From: Mobula hypostoma
Lineage: Eukaryota
Assembly: GCF_963921235.1 (NCBI RefSeq)
Contig: NC_086109.1
Span: 23,748,001 to 23,812,000 of the forward strand
Length of the DNA: 64,000 bases
Direction: 5' to 3'
Made by a program: the position numbers and the translations under genes. How positions within the stretch are numbered: position 1 is the first letter of the stretch; each line of letters starts with the position of its first letter. Shown one piece after another: positions 1-14,966 of the stretch. Under the pieces are notes generated by a model. The model worked only from the letters and a program-made list of their open reading frames with translations. It was not told the origin of the DNA and did no database searches.

Positions 1-843
1 TACATACAGTCAACTCCCCCTCTCCTGAAGGTGGCAATCTTGCTGAACATCTAGATCCATAAATGCTTGCAGTCCTCTGGCAGCTGGTTCAAGTATTCAT
101 TGTTTTCATTAGTCTGAGTAACAAAAAGCTTTGGGTTCCTAACCTCAGATATTTGCACCAGAAAAGCAAAGGAGTAAATTATCTCCAATTTAGCAGATGT
201 TCCAATGAATTGAGGGGTGATTTAATCACATTTCATACGTTAAATGGATTCAATGGGGTCAATGGAGAAAAAAAGTATTTGTTGGAAGGGGAATGCAAAG
301 GAAGAGTAAAATTATGAAGAAATTATTTGCTCAGGCACTAGAAGAAAATGTAAAAGTGCTGCAAGTCTGTAGATCCTGAAGTGGGATTGAAACCTTTAGG
401 AGTGAGATCAGTAGATTTTTGGTGGTATGGTTATCTGGGACATGAGGCAAAACTGGAAAATGAAAGGAAGGTATAACTTAATCACAGTCTAGTTGAATGA
501 TGGTACTGAGGCCTGAATAACTTACTCTTGTTATTCAGGATGGTACTTATTTTTACTCATAAAACACTGTGTTTTAAAATGGATTTTCCAATATCAGTTC
601 TACCCTACAGATTTTGGTTTATATTTTGAACACTTTTCGTCACCTGAAAAATTGGGGGTAGGGTTGGCTTCGGAGATGCATTCAGTCCCAGGCCAAAGTC
701 AATATTCCAGGAAACTCGTCTCCAGCACCAATCAGTCCATGCAATGGAATTTCTGATCTAGTTCTCACCCAAGAGCACAGACTGGAGTGCGCAGGAGAAA
801 GAGAGGAGATCTTATAGAGGTATACAAAATTATGAGGGGTATA

Positions 844-2486
<1,643 letters not shown>

Positions 2487-3238
2487 TAGATAGGGTGGAT
2501 ACTTGCAGGCTTTTCCCCCTGAGTTTGGGGTGAGATGAGAACTAGAGGTCACAGGCTTATGTTGAAAGGCGAAATATTTAAGGGGTATCTGAGAGGGAAT
2601 TTCTTCACTTAGAGAGTGGGGTGAGTGTGGAATGAGCTACCAGCAGAAGTGTTAGATCTGGATACATTTGTGACATTTAAGAGTAATTTGGATAAGTAAA
2701 TGGATGAGAGATGTATGGAGGGCTATGATCCCGGTGCAAGTAAATGGCACTAGGCAGGACACAAGGCTGGCATGGAGTAGATGGGCCACATGGTCTGTCT
2801 GTGCTGTAGGTTCTCTATGACTCTCACTTACCAGATTGTTTTTATTCATATATTGTTTGTGAGGTAACCATCTTGCCACATCTCCTGTGGAGATAATCCA
2901 TGTTGGGAAAAAGAGAAATTAAATCCTGCTAGAAAATATGCACTGGGATAGGATCTTGATATGGAAAAAAGGTGAGCCAGTCTAATCAAGTACGAGTTGT
3001 ACCTGAAATTCATACTCAAGCCTAATTGTAATAATTGGGTTTAGTCAGCACCAGTTATTGGATGGACACAAATGCAAGTATAGAAATGCTGCGATTTTCT
3101 GGCACCAAGATTTGAACATGTGGAAGAGAATGTGATGAGAGCAGTCATCCAGATTGCCAGATGCTTTAGTGGAAAAGATGGAAAGAAAGGCAAGTGCCCC
3201 CCAACAGAGGTAGCCAACTAGAACCTACACATCATGCC

Positions 3239-3565
3239 CAGTGGTACAGCTGGTAGAGACCTGGGCTCAATATTGACCTCAGGTACTATGTGTGTGGAGT
3301 TTACATTCTTCCTGTGACAGTGTGGGATTCCTCTCTGTGCTCTGGTTCTCTCCAAAGTCCCAAAAAAGTGCAGATTGGTAGGTTAATTGGCAATTCTAAA
3401 TTGGTTCATTAGGTGCATGTGTGATAGAATGTGGAGGAAGTTGATGAGAATGTATAGAGAATAAAAAATGGGATTAAATTAAAATTTCTGTAATTGGATG
3501 GCTAATAGGAGGTGTGGGCTGAGTAAGCTGAAGGCTCTGGTGCCATACTGCATCTCTCTAGGATG
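3239..3565 (+). mobile_element. V-SINE (HE1-like)
   Basis: Degenerate tRNA head followed by V-domain-like TGTGTGGAGTTTACATTCTTCCTGTGAC...GGTAGGTTAATTGG, shared with many copies in the window. Confidence 0.75.
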
Positions 3566-3729
3566 CCATGATCCAATAAGGAGCTTTGCTGGCAGACAGT
3601 GAATGAGGTCAACATTAGCAATAAAAAGGCCAGTATTGGAAAAAGGTTAATTACTTCATATGCCAGCAAACATACTCTAGGTTTAGGAGGCCATTAAATG
3701 GTAAGGTGACTCTGTCATTCTCATTGGAG

Positions 3730-4590
3730 AATCAGAATCAGGTTTATTATCACCGTCGTGTGATGTGAAATTTGTTAACTTGGCAGCAGCAATTCAATGC
3801 AATACATAATCTAGCAGAGGGAGAGAAAAAAAAATAAAATAGAACATAATAAATAAACAAGTAAATCAATTATCTATATTGAATAGATTATTTAAAAATG
3901 TGGAAGAAAAGAAATACTGTATATTAAAAAAAAAGTGAGGTAGTGTCCAAAGCTTCGAAGTCCATTTAGGAATTGGATAGCAGAGGGGAAGAAGCTGTTC
4001 TTGAATCGCTGAGTGTGTGCCTTCAGGCTTCTGTATCTCCTACCTAATGGTAACAGTGAGAAAAGTGCATGCCCTCGGTGCTGGGGGTCTTTAATAATGG
4101 ACGCTGCCTTTCTGAGACACCGCTTCCTAAAGATGTCCTGGGTACTTTGTAGGCTAGTGCCCAAGATGGAGCTGACTAGATTTACAACCTTCTGCAGCTT
4201 CTTTCGGTCCTGTGCAGTAGCCCCTCCATACCAGACAGTGATGCAGCCTGTCAGAATTCTCTCCACGGTGCAACTACATAAGTTTTTGAGCGTATTTGTT
4301 GACATGCCAAATCGCTTCAAACTCCTAATAAAGTATAGCTGCTGTCTTGTTTCTTTATGACTACATCAATATGCTGGGACCAGGTTAAATCCTCAGAGAC
4401 TTGAAGCTGCTCACTCTCTCCACTTCTGATCCCTCTATGAGGATTGGTATGTGTTCCTTCGTCTTACCCTTCCTGAAATCCACAATCAGCTCTTTCCTCT
4501 TACCAACGTCGGGTGCCAGTTTGTTGCTGTGGCACCATTCCACTAGTTGGCATATCTCACTCCCATCACCACCTGAGATTCTACCAACAA
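3730..4590 (-). mobile_element. Rex1/Babar-type LINE, 3' portion
   Basis: ORFs 3892..4320 (KRFGMS...ILTGCITVWYG...RRYRSLKAHTQRFKNSFFP) and 4385..4654 (KELIVDFRK); 3' tail AATAAACCTGATTCTGATTCT on minus. Confidence 0.85.
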
Positions 4591-5674
4591 TGGTAGCAGT
4601 GCTTGAATGTGGTTGCTGGAGGCTTTTCTGGAGACTGATAAGGAAACTTAACAACTAAGGGATCAGTCGAGGCTCAGGTCTGTAGCATGCAATGAAAGTT
4701 TATCATTCCGTACATACATGCACGCAGATGGCTGGTGAGTATCGCAGAAACTGAACAGATGAGAACATTCATGATTACACCTTTATTCGGTCCATCCCAG
4801 AAAAATGTATTTATATCCATCACATGCAGAGCCAGCTAGATGTCCAATAAGCTATCTGGTGAACCATCTTACAGACAGCTTTGATTTGTCCCATGATGTT
4901 TACCATTCATTCTGTCCATCATTCTTGGGCATTGACAGTGACTTTAATATTCAGTAACCATGTGATCCTAGCTTGTGTCGTCTCAGCACAGATAATAGAG
5001 CTCTGTTAGACTGCTTGTAAAGCTGGAGGAATATGGTCAGGTTGGATAATACCTCACAGATTATACCTCACAATTTCAAGCATTTCTACTAATGTGATGA
5101 TGCATTCACCCTGGCTACAAACAGCAAGACAAAGATGGGGATTGAGTTGTTCCACATGAACTGCATTTAATGTTGGCAGCAGGTCTACAGCAACATATAG
5201 TCCACAAAAAAAAAACAAAATCAGGTGTTTGCCCTGCATTCAAAGTTTTCACCATTATGATTGCAATCCAATTGTATCGAATTGGATTTGTGTGCATGCT
5301 CTGAATTGGACATGATTTTATTCACTCATGATCGGGAAGCCCACTCCATCACCTGATCCCCTTGTCTTCATCACCTATATCTCACCTACAAAGGAGGAAT
5401 AGATGACTTCATTCTCCAATAAACATCCTCTGGTCGTGCTCTTTACTATGGCTGAACACTATGGTAGCTCCTGGAATGAATTTGAGGGCCAGAATGCGAG
5501 AGTTGCTGGAATTCCTCTCCTAGTGCAACTCAATGGCTGAAGGCTTATTTCTAGTCACCTTAGTGGTCATCAGTATGGAGAACGTTAATTCCAGCTCATC
5601 TGTTATTTTATATGTTTTACCTGTGGGACTCAGAACAGATGCAGTGTTCCGAAACATTGTACCCAAGTGACACT

Positions 5675-6295
5675 GTACATAGAATATTACAGCACAGTAC
5701 TGTTTTACTGACCTCTTAACTTACTCCAAGATCAATCTACCCCTTCACTATTACGTAGTCCTCTATTTCCTATCCTTCATCTGCCTACATAGGAGCTTCT
5801 TAAATGTTCCTAATGTATCTGCCACCACCCTTGGTAGTGTTTTCCATGCACCTACCACTTTCTGTGTAAAAAAAACCCTAACTCTGACAGATCCGCTAGA
5901 CTTTCCTCCAGTCAGTTAAATGTATGTCATCTCATATTAGCCACTGCTGCCCTGAGAAAAGGCACTGGTTGTCCACTAAATCTATCTCCCTTATCTCTTA
6001 CACACCTAAATAAAGTCACCTCTCATCTTCTTTCATTCCAAAGGAAAAAGTCCAAGCTTATTCAATCTTTCTTCATAAGACATGATCTCTAATCCAGGCA
6101 GCATCTTACTAAACCTCCTCTTCACCCTCTCTAAAGCTTACACATCTTTCCTATAATGAGGTATCCAAAACTGAACAGAATACTCCTATTGTGGTCTAAC
6201 TAGAGCTGCAACGTTACCCTGTGGCTCTAGAATTCAATCCCTGTACTAATGTAGGCCAACATACCATATGGCTTCTTAATAACCCTATCAATTTG
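5675..6295 (-). mobile_element. Degenerate CR1-like LINE 3' fragment
   Basis: Reverse complement resembles the CR1 C-terminal/3' UTR sequence of the better copies at 25205-27380 and 42514-43504. Confidence 0.65.
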
Positions 6296-6299
6296 CGCG

Positions 6300-7030
6300 T
6301 GGACTCCAAGATTCACCATCAGGATTATAAACCACCACCAACAGATGAAATATGCTCTATTGTAATCCGTAACCTCAAAGCAAAGCATTTCCTTCATTCA
6401 AAGATTACTTTCAAGCCTGGGTTCACTGATGAGTGGAGAAGGCTTTGCTGGGAGGAGCATCAAAATGAGGTGTCAAATCCGATGAAGCTGCAACACAGGA
6501 CAACATGTGGTAAACATAACTAAACAATCTCACTGCCAATGAATTAGATTGAAGCTCTGCACTCCAGCCACACCTGTTTATAAATGGAAGAATTCAGTTA
6601 AACAACTAAATGAAACTCTAGAAACATTCTCATTCTAAACAAAGGCAGGGTCCAGCTTGTGAGTTCGAGAGTCAAGGCTAAGGCATTCCACCCATCTTCA
6701 GCCATGTATGCAGCCCCATCATGGCTTCTGCTTGGGATTCCTGCCATCACCAAGGCCAATCTTTGGTTCATGTGATTGATGGGCTTGAGTCATGTGATAG
6801 CAAGAAGCAGCTGAGGACACAGGAAGCTGCTAAGTTTATAGTGTCATTCAGCATTCAAAACCCTTGCTCCAGAATTGTCTATGCCTCAAGACAAGCTTTT
6901 TCCAGTACAGTTGTATCACTTTCATTGACTCAATAATATAGAAAAAATCCCATGCATGGATTTAACTGTGCATAAGAAGCAGCATAAATCTAATACATCT
7001 AATCACTGCCCAATCAATCATCATTAACAA
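6300..7030 (+). mobile_element. Old, highly degenerate non-LTR retrotransposon fragment
   Basis: ORF 6221..6523 contains ITFKPGFTDEWRRLCWEE, reminiscent of the PWF-linker of LINE ORF2; many stops. Confidence 0.4.
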
Positions 7031-7374
7031 AGTTATGGACTTACGCACTAATTTTCCCCCTGGTGCTGCAGATTCTTTTCACATCCCTAAGAAGGGCTGT
7101 AGGAAAACTGATCATTATAAATTATCCCAAAGTAGGTGCATTTAAGAGAATTGGAGATGGAGGCAGGGGGACAAAGGTTGACAGGCATGTGAAAGAGAAT
7201 AGGCTGGAGTGAGGGTTAGGGTTAGAACAAATTACTGGAGAGGAGTGGGATTGGTCTGAGTTTCAGTATTGACATAACAGGATGAATAGCCTCTTTCTAT
7301 GTTATGGGGAAATAACTCATCATTGGAATAACTAAATTTGATTTGGAACTTTTGCAAGACTAATTGTGTATTTA

Positions 7375-7795
7375 GAGTTATAGCATGGTAAGAGGCCCCT
7401 CCTTCCCAACAAGCCCATGCCACCCAACTACGAGAATGCAGAACGTGTGCATGTGGTGAATCGATCAGGCCTCCTACGTGCAGAAGGCGGCCCTCTCTTC
7501 TCACGTGGACTTTCAAATGTGCATGTCTTTTCGTCTCGGCAGGCCTGGTTCATAGCTCCTGCACTGTAAGTTGCTCAGCGTGTACAGTGGCTAGCATGAC
7601 TCAGTAAAATCCTTTAATCCTACTGCTCCATTGTCATTATTTCTTTGCACATGCGTAATGGCCCATACATCTTTGGAATGTGGGAGGAAACCAGGGCACC
7701 ATGGGGAAACCCATGCGGTCACAAGGAGAATGTACAAACTCCTTAGAGACAGTGGCAGAATTGAACCTGGTGTCATGCTAACCACTACGCCATTG
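7375..7795 (-). mobile_element. V-SINE (HE1-like) interrupted by ~230 bp of unrelated sequence
   Basis: TCTTTGGAATGTGGGAGGAAACCAGGGCACC...GTACAAACTCCTTAGAGACAG at ~7670-7750; SINE tail at ~7375-7431. Confidence 0.7.
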
Positions 7796-8614
7796 AGCCG
7801 CCCCATTGCTGGTGTTGCTTCAGACCTCATTACAGTGTTGGTGTGAGTTGAATTTGAGAGGCGAGGTGAGAGTGACTGCCCTGACATAAAGATAATATTT
7901 GATCCAATGTGGCTTAAGCAGACCCTGATAGAAATTAAGTCAATGGGAACCAAAGAAAAAAACACTCCAATAAGGATGGTCGACATCAATCATCCTGACC
8001 CCAGAACATTACTCTTTTGGGGCAGTCTGAGGCCCAACAACCTCCACCAGGTTCATGAATGCCCAACGTTTAATCATTAGATCAGCAGCAGAGAAATATG
8101 CAGGAGGTGGACTTCCCATTGCCACATCTGTCACCATCAACGTCTTGGGGTTCACCACTGATCAGTAAATAAATACCAGACTTAAAAGAACAAGTCACAG
8201 GCTTGATAGGCTGCAATGTAATTCAGCTCCTGACACTCCAAAGTACTTTCCTTTAAACTACAAGGTATTAGACAGAAGGGTGATTCCAACTGCATGGATG
8301 AGTGTAGCTCTAACATCCACCATGGTAAACATCCATCCCCTCCACCACCCAGGTGGAGTGGTTGACTGTCTACCTTCTATAAAATGACTCCATATACTCA
8401 TCCATCTTACTTCAACAGCACCTTCCACATCTACAATCATTAAAACTGACAAGGACTTCCTGGGCACTGGAATCCCATTCCCTACATGCTCCCTTCTAAA
8501 CTGCACACCATTCTGACTTGGAAATTGAACACCATTCTTTCAACAGCACTTGGTCCAAATCCTGAAACTCTCTTCCCAACAATGCTTTGGGGCTAACTTC
8601 ATCAGAAGGATGAA

Positions 8615-8840
8615 GGAGCATAGCGTAGTGCTATTACAACGGGCAGAGACTGGATTCAATTCCGCCACTCTCTTATGTTCTCTCCACGACTGCATGGGCT
8701 TCCTATGGGTGCTCCAGTTTCCTCCCACATTCAAAAGAATTATGGATTAGTAGGTTAATTGGTAGCTTTATTATGCATGGGTGAAATTGGGTGGTGTGGG
8801 CACAGGGTGAGTTACTATGCTGCATGTCTAAATAAAATAA
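8615..8840 (+). mobile_element. V-SINE (HE1-like)
   Basis: GGGTGCTCCAGTTTCCTCCCACATTCAAAAG core, B-box-like GGATTCAATTCC, AAATA tail. Confidence 0.7.
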
Positions 8841-9345
8841 GGAGGAATTCAGTTGTTCAAAAATAAACCTCACTGTCATTTTCCCAAGGGCAATTAGGAA
8901 CAGCAGTAAATGCTGGCCTTACCTGAAATGTTCAGATGGCTGGTGACAAATTCATTAAAATATAAACACTTGGAGGAAAGATCTCTTGAGCACAGTCCAT
9001 TATTTTAGTGCTTCTTCCCTCAAAGTGCCCATGCCTTTTGATCCATGCATCTCCACCTTGTCATGCAAGGGACCTCTGAGACTATAACAAAGCATTCAAT
9101 TTTGACTGAAAGTGTACATGATTGCCAATTGCAGCACGATTTTACCAACAGTACTGAAGTTCAACAAATCTGCAAGTAATTGTGAATCTGTTGGAATATC
9201 ATCGACGTTGAGGGGGAGGACAGTGGATTCTTCCTGTTGCCAATGCCAGGTTTCCCATGTGTACTACAGTTAACATGGTGCATGAGTAATTTGACTTGGC
9301 AGGAAAGGATCACTGGTACTAATGTTGCTATCACCCAAGCTGAGA

Positions 9346-9385
9346 GTGTGTGTGTGTGCGTGCGTGCGTGTGTGTGTGTGCGCGC
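9346..9385. repeat. (GT)n/(GCGT)n/(GC)n compound microsatellite
   Basis: gtgtgtgtgtgtgcgtgcgtgcgtgtgtgtgtgtgcgcgc read directly. Confidence 0.9.
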
Positions 9386-11504
9386 CCGCCCAGTGCGAGA
9401 TTGAGAGATGGATTGAGGGCCACACTGTCCATAGGGTGCAAATATGGTGACAATAAATTTGCTTTGAACTTTGACCTGCTGGATCCCGATTTGTGAACGT
9501 CATACAATTCAACACCTGTAGCATGGGGAAAGGATAACTTTGCAGTGGAGCTCAATTTCTCTGTTGGCGAAGTTTCGAAAAAATAAACTATTGTTAATTA
9601 GATAGTTGCAAAGTGAGTCATTCAGTGGAACATGGCAGGCTTGCTGATTCTGTAACTCTTCCCTAGAGAAGCTATTAAAAAAAGCAACTTCTATTTATAA
9701 CAGAGGGTGTTTATGCAAGTAATTAGTTTATGAGGGGACTCTTTTCCGAGCATGTTTGTTATACCTCTTTGCCAGTAATAAATGGAGAAACTGTTTCTTA
9801 GTATGCAAGGCACAGAAATCCTGCTGGAAGGATAATCCTACTCTGAATAAAAATGTTATTAAAGGAAAAAAAAATGAAATGGTAATTTGTATATAAGCTG
9901 TGAAGCTGTTTTATCAATCTCCTTATACCCTGCTCATAATTTTCTACAACAGGACAGTGTCCATTGAAGGCTCAGTGAATGATGTTTTACTGGACTACAC
10001 ATAATGTAGTTGGATTATGTGCCTCAGTACTTGCAAAGGGAGATCAGTCAGATTTCTCACTCCTGTCACCGTCCAGTGATCCATCCACTAAGGGAAGAAT
10101 AGGGTCTAGCCTGACTAAACCATCACTAAGATGAGGGAGATGCACAAGTATAAAATCGACAATTAGCCCAAATCCAATCCGACCACAACAAAACTAAACC
10201 TAATCTAAGCCTGACAATGTATATCAATGTACCAGCACAAGAGTTTCTTCAAATGCTGGAAATCCAGAGTAACACGCTCAAAATGCTGGAGGAACTCAAC
10301 AGGTCAGGCAGCATCTATGGAGAGAAATAAAGTGCCAACATTTCAGGCCGTGACCCTTTGTCAGGGTGTGTTGTAGAAAATGCAAGCGGGGTATAAGGAG
10401 ATTGATAAAAGAGCTTCACAGCTCATATATAAATTATCATTTAAGTTTTTTCTAATAACATTTTTATTCAGAGTAAGGTGTATATTAATGTGCTGCTTGT
10501 CCTGACCTGGAAGTATTTTGTCAATCAAGTCAGACTGGGCATTTAACCCAGAAATGGGCACACCAGATTGGAACTCTGAAAGAAAAGACAGAAAATGCTG
10601 AAAAATTCAGCAGGTTAGGCAATAGCAAATTCCTTGTCCTCCCTCAATTGTGCAAACTTGAAACTAATGACCAGGCACCCATTCCCCACTTGCCAAGAAC
10701 CACATACTGTACATAATTTAACTGCTGACAATGAGTTGAATTAAGCTAGATAAGGTACGAAGCTGAATTGGAACAATCTCATCCAAATCACATGGTTTGG
10801 CAGAATGTAGACCAGACCAAACGTGATCTACTAATCTACTGTCAGCTTGTATCAGACTATAGTTGAGTCTGATATATTGGCTAGTTTCTAAAGATCTACT
10901 GAATTAGTGAACTGCTGGAACCCTTGCGATTCCAGATCTATCACTGGGGCAGCATTCTTACAGCGTTCAAGGAAGGAGATAAAATGATCCTAGAAGTGTC
11001 CTGGAAATGAGAGCTTTGGCTCTAGTCCCAGTGGGTTTAAATTTCAATACAGAAACAAAGACTCTGCCAGTTCCATCACAGGCACTAGCCTCCCCAACAT
11101 CCAGGGCTTCTTTGAAAGGCAGCATACATCATTAAGGATCTCACCGTCCAGAACATGCTCTTTTTACATGACTACCTTCAAGGGGGAGGTACAGTTGCAT
11201 GAAGACCCACACCCAACAATTTAGGAGCAGCTTCTTCCCCTCCATCATCAGAACCCATGAACCCATCACTATACCTCTTTTGCACTATTTATCTATTTTC
11301 GGGTGGCGGGGTGGAGATATGTCGCTACCAAAGGAGTTGTAAGGTGCTCCTTCCTTCCACTAGACTACGGTCATCCTTGGGCAAGGTACAGCACCTGCTT
11401 ATCACCTCCCCCCCCGCCCCCCGGTGTCAGGGTCACTTGAAGCTATGGGAGCAGGTGGTGGATGGTCATATGAGCAGCTGGTGCACATCATAAGTCCTGG
11501 CAAA

Positions 11505-11890
11505 CCAGAATCAGGTTTATTATCACCGGAAACAACAGGAATTCTGCAGATGCTGGAAATTCAAGCAACATACATCAAAGTTGCTGGTGAACGCAGCAGG
11601 CCAAGCAGCATCTATAAATTATTAGTTGCGTTCACCAGCAACTTTGATGTATGTTGCTTTATTATCACCGGCATGTGTTGTGAAACTTGTTCACTTAGCG
11701 GCAGCAGTTCAATGCAATACACTAAAAAGAAGAAAAATAAATTAATAAATCAATTACCGTATGTATTAGAGATTAAAAATCATGCAAAATCAGAAATAAT
11801 AGACATTGAAAAAGTGAGGCAGGGTTCACAGATTCAATGTCCATTTAGGAATCGGATGGCAGAGGGGAAGAAGCTGTTCCTGAATTGCTG
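11505..11890 (-). mobile_element. Rex1/Babar 3' tail fragment inserted in the RTE element
   Basis: Closely similar to 3730-4010 (CAGAATCAGGTTTATTATCACCG...GAGGGGAAGAAGCTGTTC). Confidence 0.8.
11530..11657. mobile_element. Penelope-derived fold-back micro-insertion
   Basis: 14-bp TSD TTTATTATCACCGG (11516-11529, 11658-11671); perfect 33-bp inverted repeat 11563-11595/11627-11659. Confidence 0.85.
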
Positions 11891-12609
11891 GCACGAGACA
11901 GACAATCTTTGAAGAGTATTGATAATGGCTGGGGTTACCCATCTTGTAAAGACACTGCCTAGAAGAAAGCAATGGCAAACCACTTCTGTAGAAAAATTTG
12001 CCAAGAACGATCATGGTCAAAGACCATGATCGCCTTTGTCATACAACATAGCACATGATGATGATGATGATGATGATCTATTTATTTATCTGTTATATCT
12101 TTTTTTTTAATGTCTTGCGCTTTGCTGCACAAAAACAATAAATTTCATGACATACTGTATGTCAATGACAATAAACTGGATTCTGATTTTAACACTCCCA
12201 GTGCAAACATGGGTGTGTTCTCTTTAAAAAGCTGATTAAATGAATCATTCTCCAAATGTCCAATGATAATCCTTCAAAGAAGAGGTAGCGAATTCTCCCT
12301 GTTTTACTGGATAACATGTATCCTCGACCTAATGAAATCAGATGATCTGGTTATCAGTGCTGTGTTTTTTTTTTGGGACCTTGCTGTATACATCCATGCT
12401 GCCTGGCCTGCTGTGTTCCTCCAGCATTTTGTGTGTGTTACAGAGATTGACTGTTGTATTTCCTGTACAACAAAAGTTGTTTCACTTCAAACATTTTGTG
12501 TTCCTTTAACTTTGGTACAGTGTTGCTTTGTTACACCTGCTGTAATTTGGGAACATGCTAACACTGTGAAAAGTACTAACCAGTGCAAGTTTTTCTATTT
12601 ATTTATTTA

Positions 12610-12830
12610 TTGAGATATGGCACAGAATAGGCCCTTCTGGCCTTTCAAACCACACTGCCCAGCAGTCCTCCAATTTAATCCTAACCTAATCATGGGACAA
12701 TTTTACAATGACCAATTAACCTACCAACTTGGTACATCTTTGAACTTTGGGAGAAAACTGGAGCACCCGGAGGAAACCCATGTGGTCATGGGAAGAACGT
12801 ACAAACTTCTTACAGGCAGTAGCTGGATGA
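12610..12830 (-). mobile_element. V-SINE (HE1-like)
   Basis: AAACTGGAGCACCCGGAGGAAACCCA...GTACAAACT core on minus; TTTA tail. Confidence 0.75.
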
Positions 12831-14307
12831 AAAATTAACGAGATTGGGGAGGAAGCGTGAGTTTCCACTAGGTATTCCAAACATTTCAGAAGGAGTATAC
12901 AGGGTAGACCTTTTAGACAAACATACAACGTACTTTTAATTTTTTTTTCAGAAAGATTCAGGTAAAACAGGAAGGTGAAGACCATGAAAATGAAACCACA
13001 CTACATAATTCATGGTCACTGCTGTGTTCTGAGAAAGGATGGTAATGCTTATTAGGCACTCAGAAATTAAGCCATCAAATAAGATCAATGCAAAGTGAGC
13101 AATTAATGATCCAAGACAAACCCATGAATTATACCTGCCCATTTAGAACACAACAAAGGGAAAATTTACTTCCTCATTCTGTTCTAAATCCAAACTCAGA
13201 TCCCAGGGACAAAAGAGGCTTTACAACTACTATACAGATCTCAAGTGCTCTCAATAATCTGAACAAAAATCCAAACAGAAAACTTTCTGATTCCAAAAGC
13301 TTTAATGAGCTTAGAAACATATTCAATACACTCATTAAACGATGTTGCATTTTCCCCACCATTTCCAAGTGATTGCTGCCAGGCTGAGACTGTATAAAGA
13401 TGCTCATGTGGAAATATTAATTAAATGAGCGGATTTATGTCCAGCACTGTAGGTTTACTGTGTCATACTTGCTGTTAGGTCAAGCTGACCTCTGTGCTAG
13501 AGTTCCCATTATTAGCTTCAGCAGACGTAATAAATTGGCAAGAGCATTAGCATAAGTCCGCGCTCTAACTGAGCAAAGCAAAAGTTTAAGGATTAGAGAC
13601 AAAAACAGATAAAGTACGAGGAAATTGCAACACAATAAATCACTCATTTGAATCACATCGGGGGGCAGGCACAGTTAATACAAGTGGGCTTTTCAAACAA
13701 CACGGATCTTGTCTGATTTTTGCGACAGTTATAAATAAATTAACATTTAATTTGCATTCATTATCCATTTTTTTTTTACAAAATGTGACTGTCAATTTAC
13801 AGTCTGCCACAAATCCCCCAGAAGATCCTTTGTCCCTTTAACCCCAATCTTTCTGACACAGACACTTCTGTCCATTGGGAATGGATGCCTTTAATCTTTA
13901 ATTATGGTGCTAACATCTGTGTTCTGTTCTGCTACAAAGTAGTGCCACCTAGAGAAAAAAATGTCCTCCTCTAATTTCCTTCCTCTGACCCTTCCGAGAC
14001 ACCTATCACTCTTTGAACTGTATCTTTGTTGTATGATGCACTTCAGATTAAGGTCTGAGAGGAACAGTGAACAACCTCACCTAACTCACAATGCTGCGGT
14101 TTCTGGGGCACGGCCAAGAGTGACCCAGAACACGGTTGCTTCATTCTTCTCCTGATTTACTTACGAGGCTTGATGCGGAATTGAGCCATGCATCTCAGGA
14201 TAGTCCAAGGCTCAACCTGGGACCAGCACCAGAAGAACAGAAACCAGGGAAACAGAAATCAGGATTCTTAAAGAAAACATAAATATTTGAAACTCAAGCA
14301 AGAATAA

Positions 14308-14747
14308 CATTGACTTCTCTAACTTCCATTAATGCCCCTCCTCCCCTTCTTAACCCATCCCTTATTTATTTATTTATTTATTTATTTGTTGTTTTTTCCT
14401 TTTTTTCTCTCTCTCTCCCTCTCACAATAACTCCTTGCCTGCCTTCCATCTTCCTCTGGTGCTCTCCTCCCCCTTTCTTTCTCCCTAGGCCTCCCATCCC
14501 ATGATCCTCTCCCTTCTCCAGCCTGGTACCCCTTTTGCCAATCAACTTTCCAGCTCTTAGCTTCATCCCTCCCCCTCCTGTCTCTCCTAACATTTCGGAT
14601 CTCCCCATCCCCCTCCCACTTTCAAATCTCTTACTATCTCTTCTTTCAGCTAGTTCTGACAAGGGGTCTCAGCCCAAAACGTCGACTATACTTCTTCCTA
14701 TAGATGCTGCCAGGCCTGCTGCATTCTACCAGCATTCTGTGTGTGTT
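14308..14747 (+). mobile_element. Penelope-like element 3' end (pseudo-LTR fragment)
   Basis: 10-bp TSD GCAAGAATAA (14298-14307, 14748-14757); pyrimidine-rich body; degenerate hammerhead motif ~14655-14686; terminal GATGCTGCC...CCAGCATT..GTGTGTTGC. Confidence 0.8.
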
Positions 14748-14966
14748 GCAAGAATAAGGTTATGTTGGGCCATAAGTCCACCCTTGTTTACAGAAAGGTG
14801 CTGGAAAAGGGCCAGCAATGTCATAAAGGAAACCAGCCACCCTGGACTGTTTATCCCACTCCCATCAGGGAGGAGGCAACGTAGCATCCATGCCCGTGCC
14901 ACCGGATTCAAAAACAGTTCCTCTCCCCAAGCAGTAAGACTGATCAACACCTCCATCCACTAACCC

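Larger units (their letters stand above)
11299..12075 (+). mobile_element. Non-autonomous RTE-type retroelement with (GAT)n tail
   Basis: 8-bp TSD ATCTATTT at 11291-11298 and 12076-12083; RTE-like GCAATGGCAAACCACT; second partial copy of its 5' end at ~40255-40355. Confidence 0.7.
11050..12190 (+). mobile_element. Old Rex1/Babar 3' fragment (outermost layer of a nested cluster)
   Basis: CCAGTTCCATCACAGGCACTAGCCTCCCC...AGCAGCTTCTTCCCCTCC before 11290; resumes after 12083 and ends AATAAACTGGATTCTGATT. Confidence 0.7.

Noticed and set aside
7210..7226. Telomere-like GGGTTAGGGTTAG (also TAACCCTAACC at ~30825)
   Set aside because: Only about two units, embedded in SINE-related sequence; not an interstitial telomere array.
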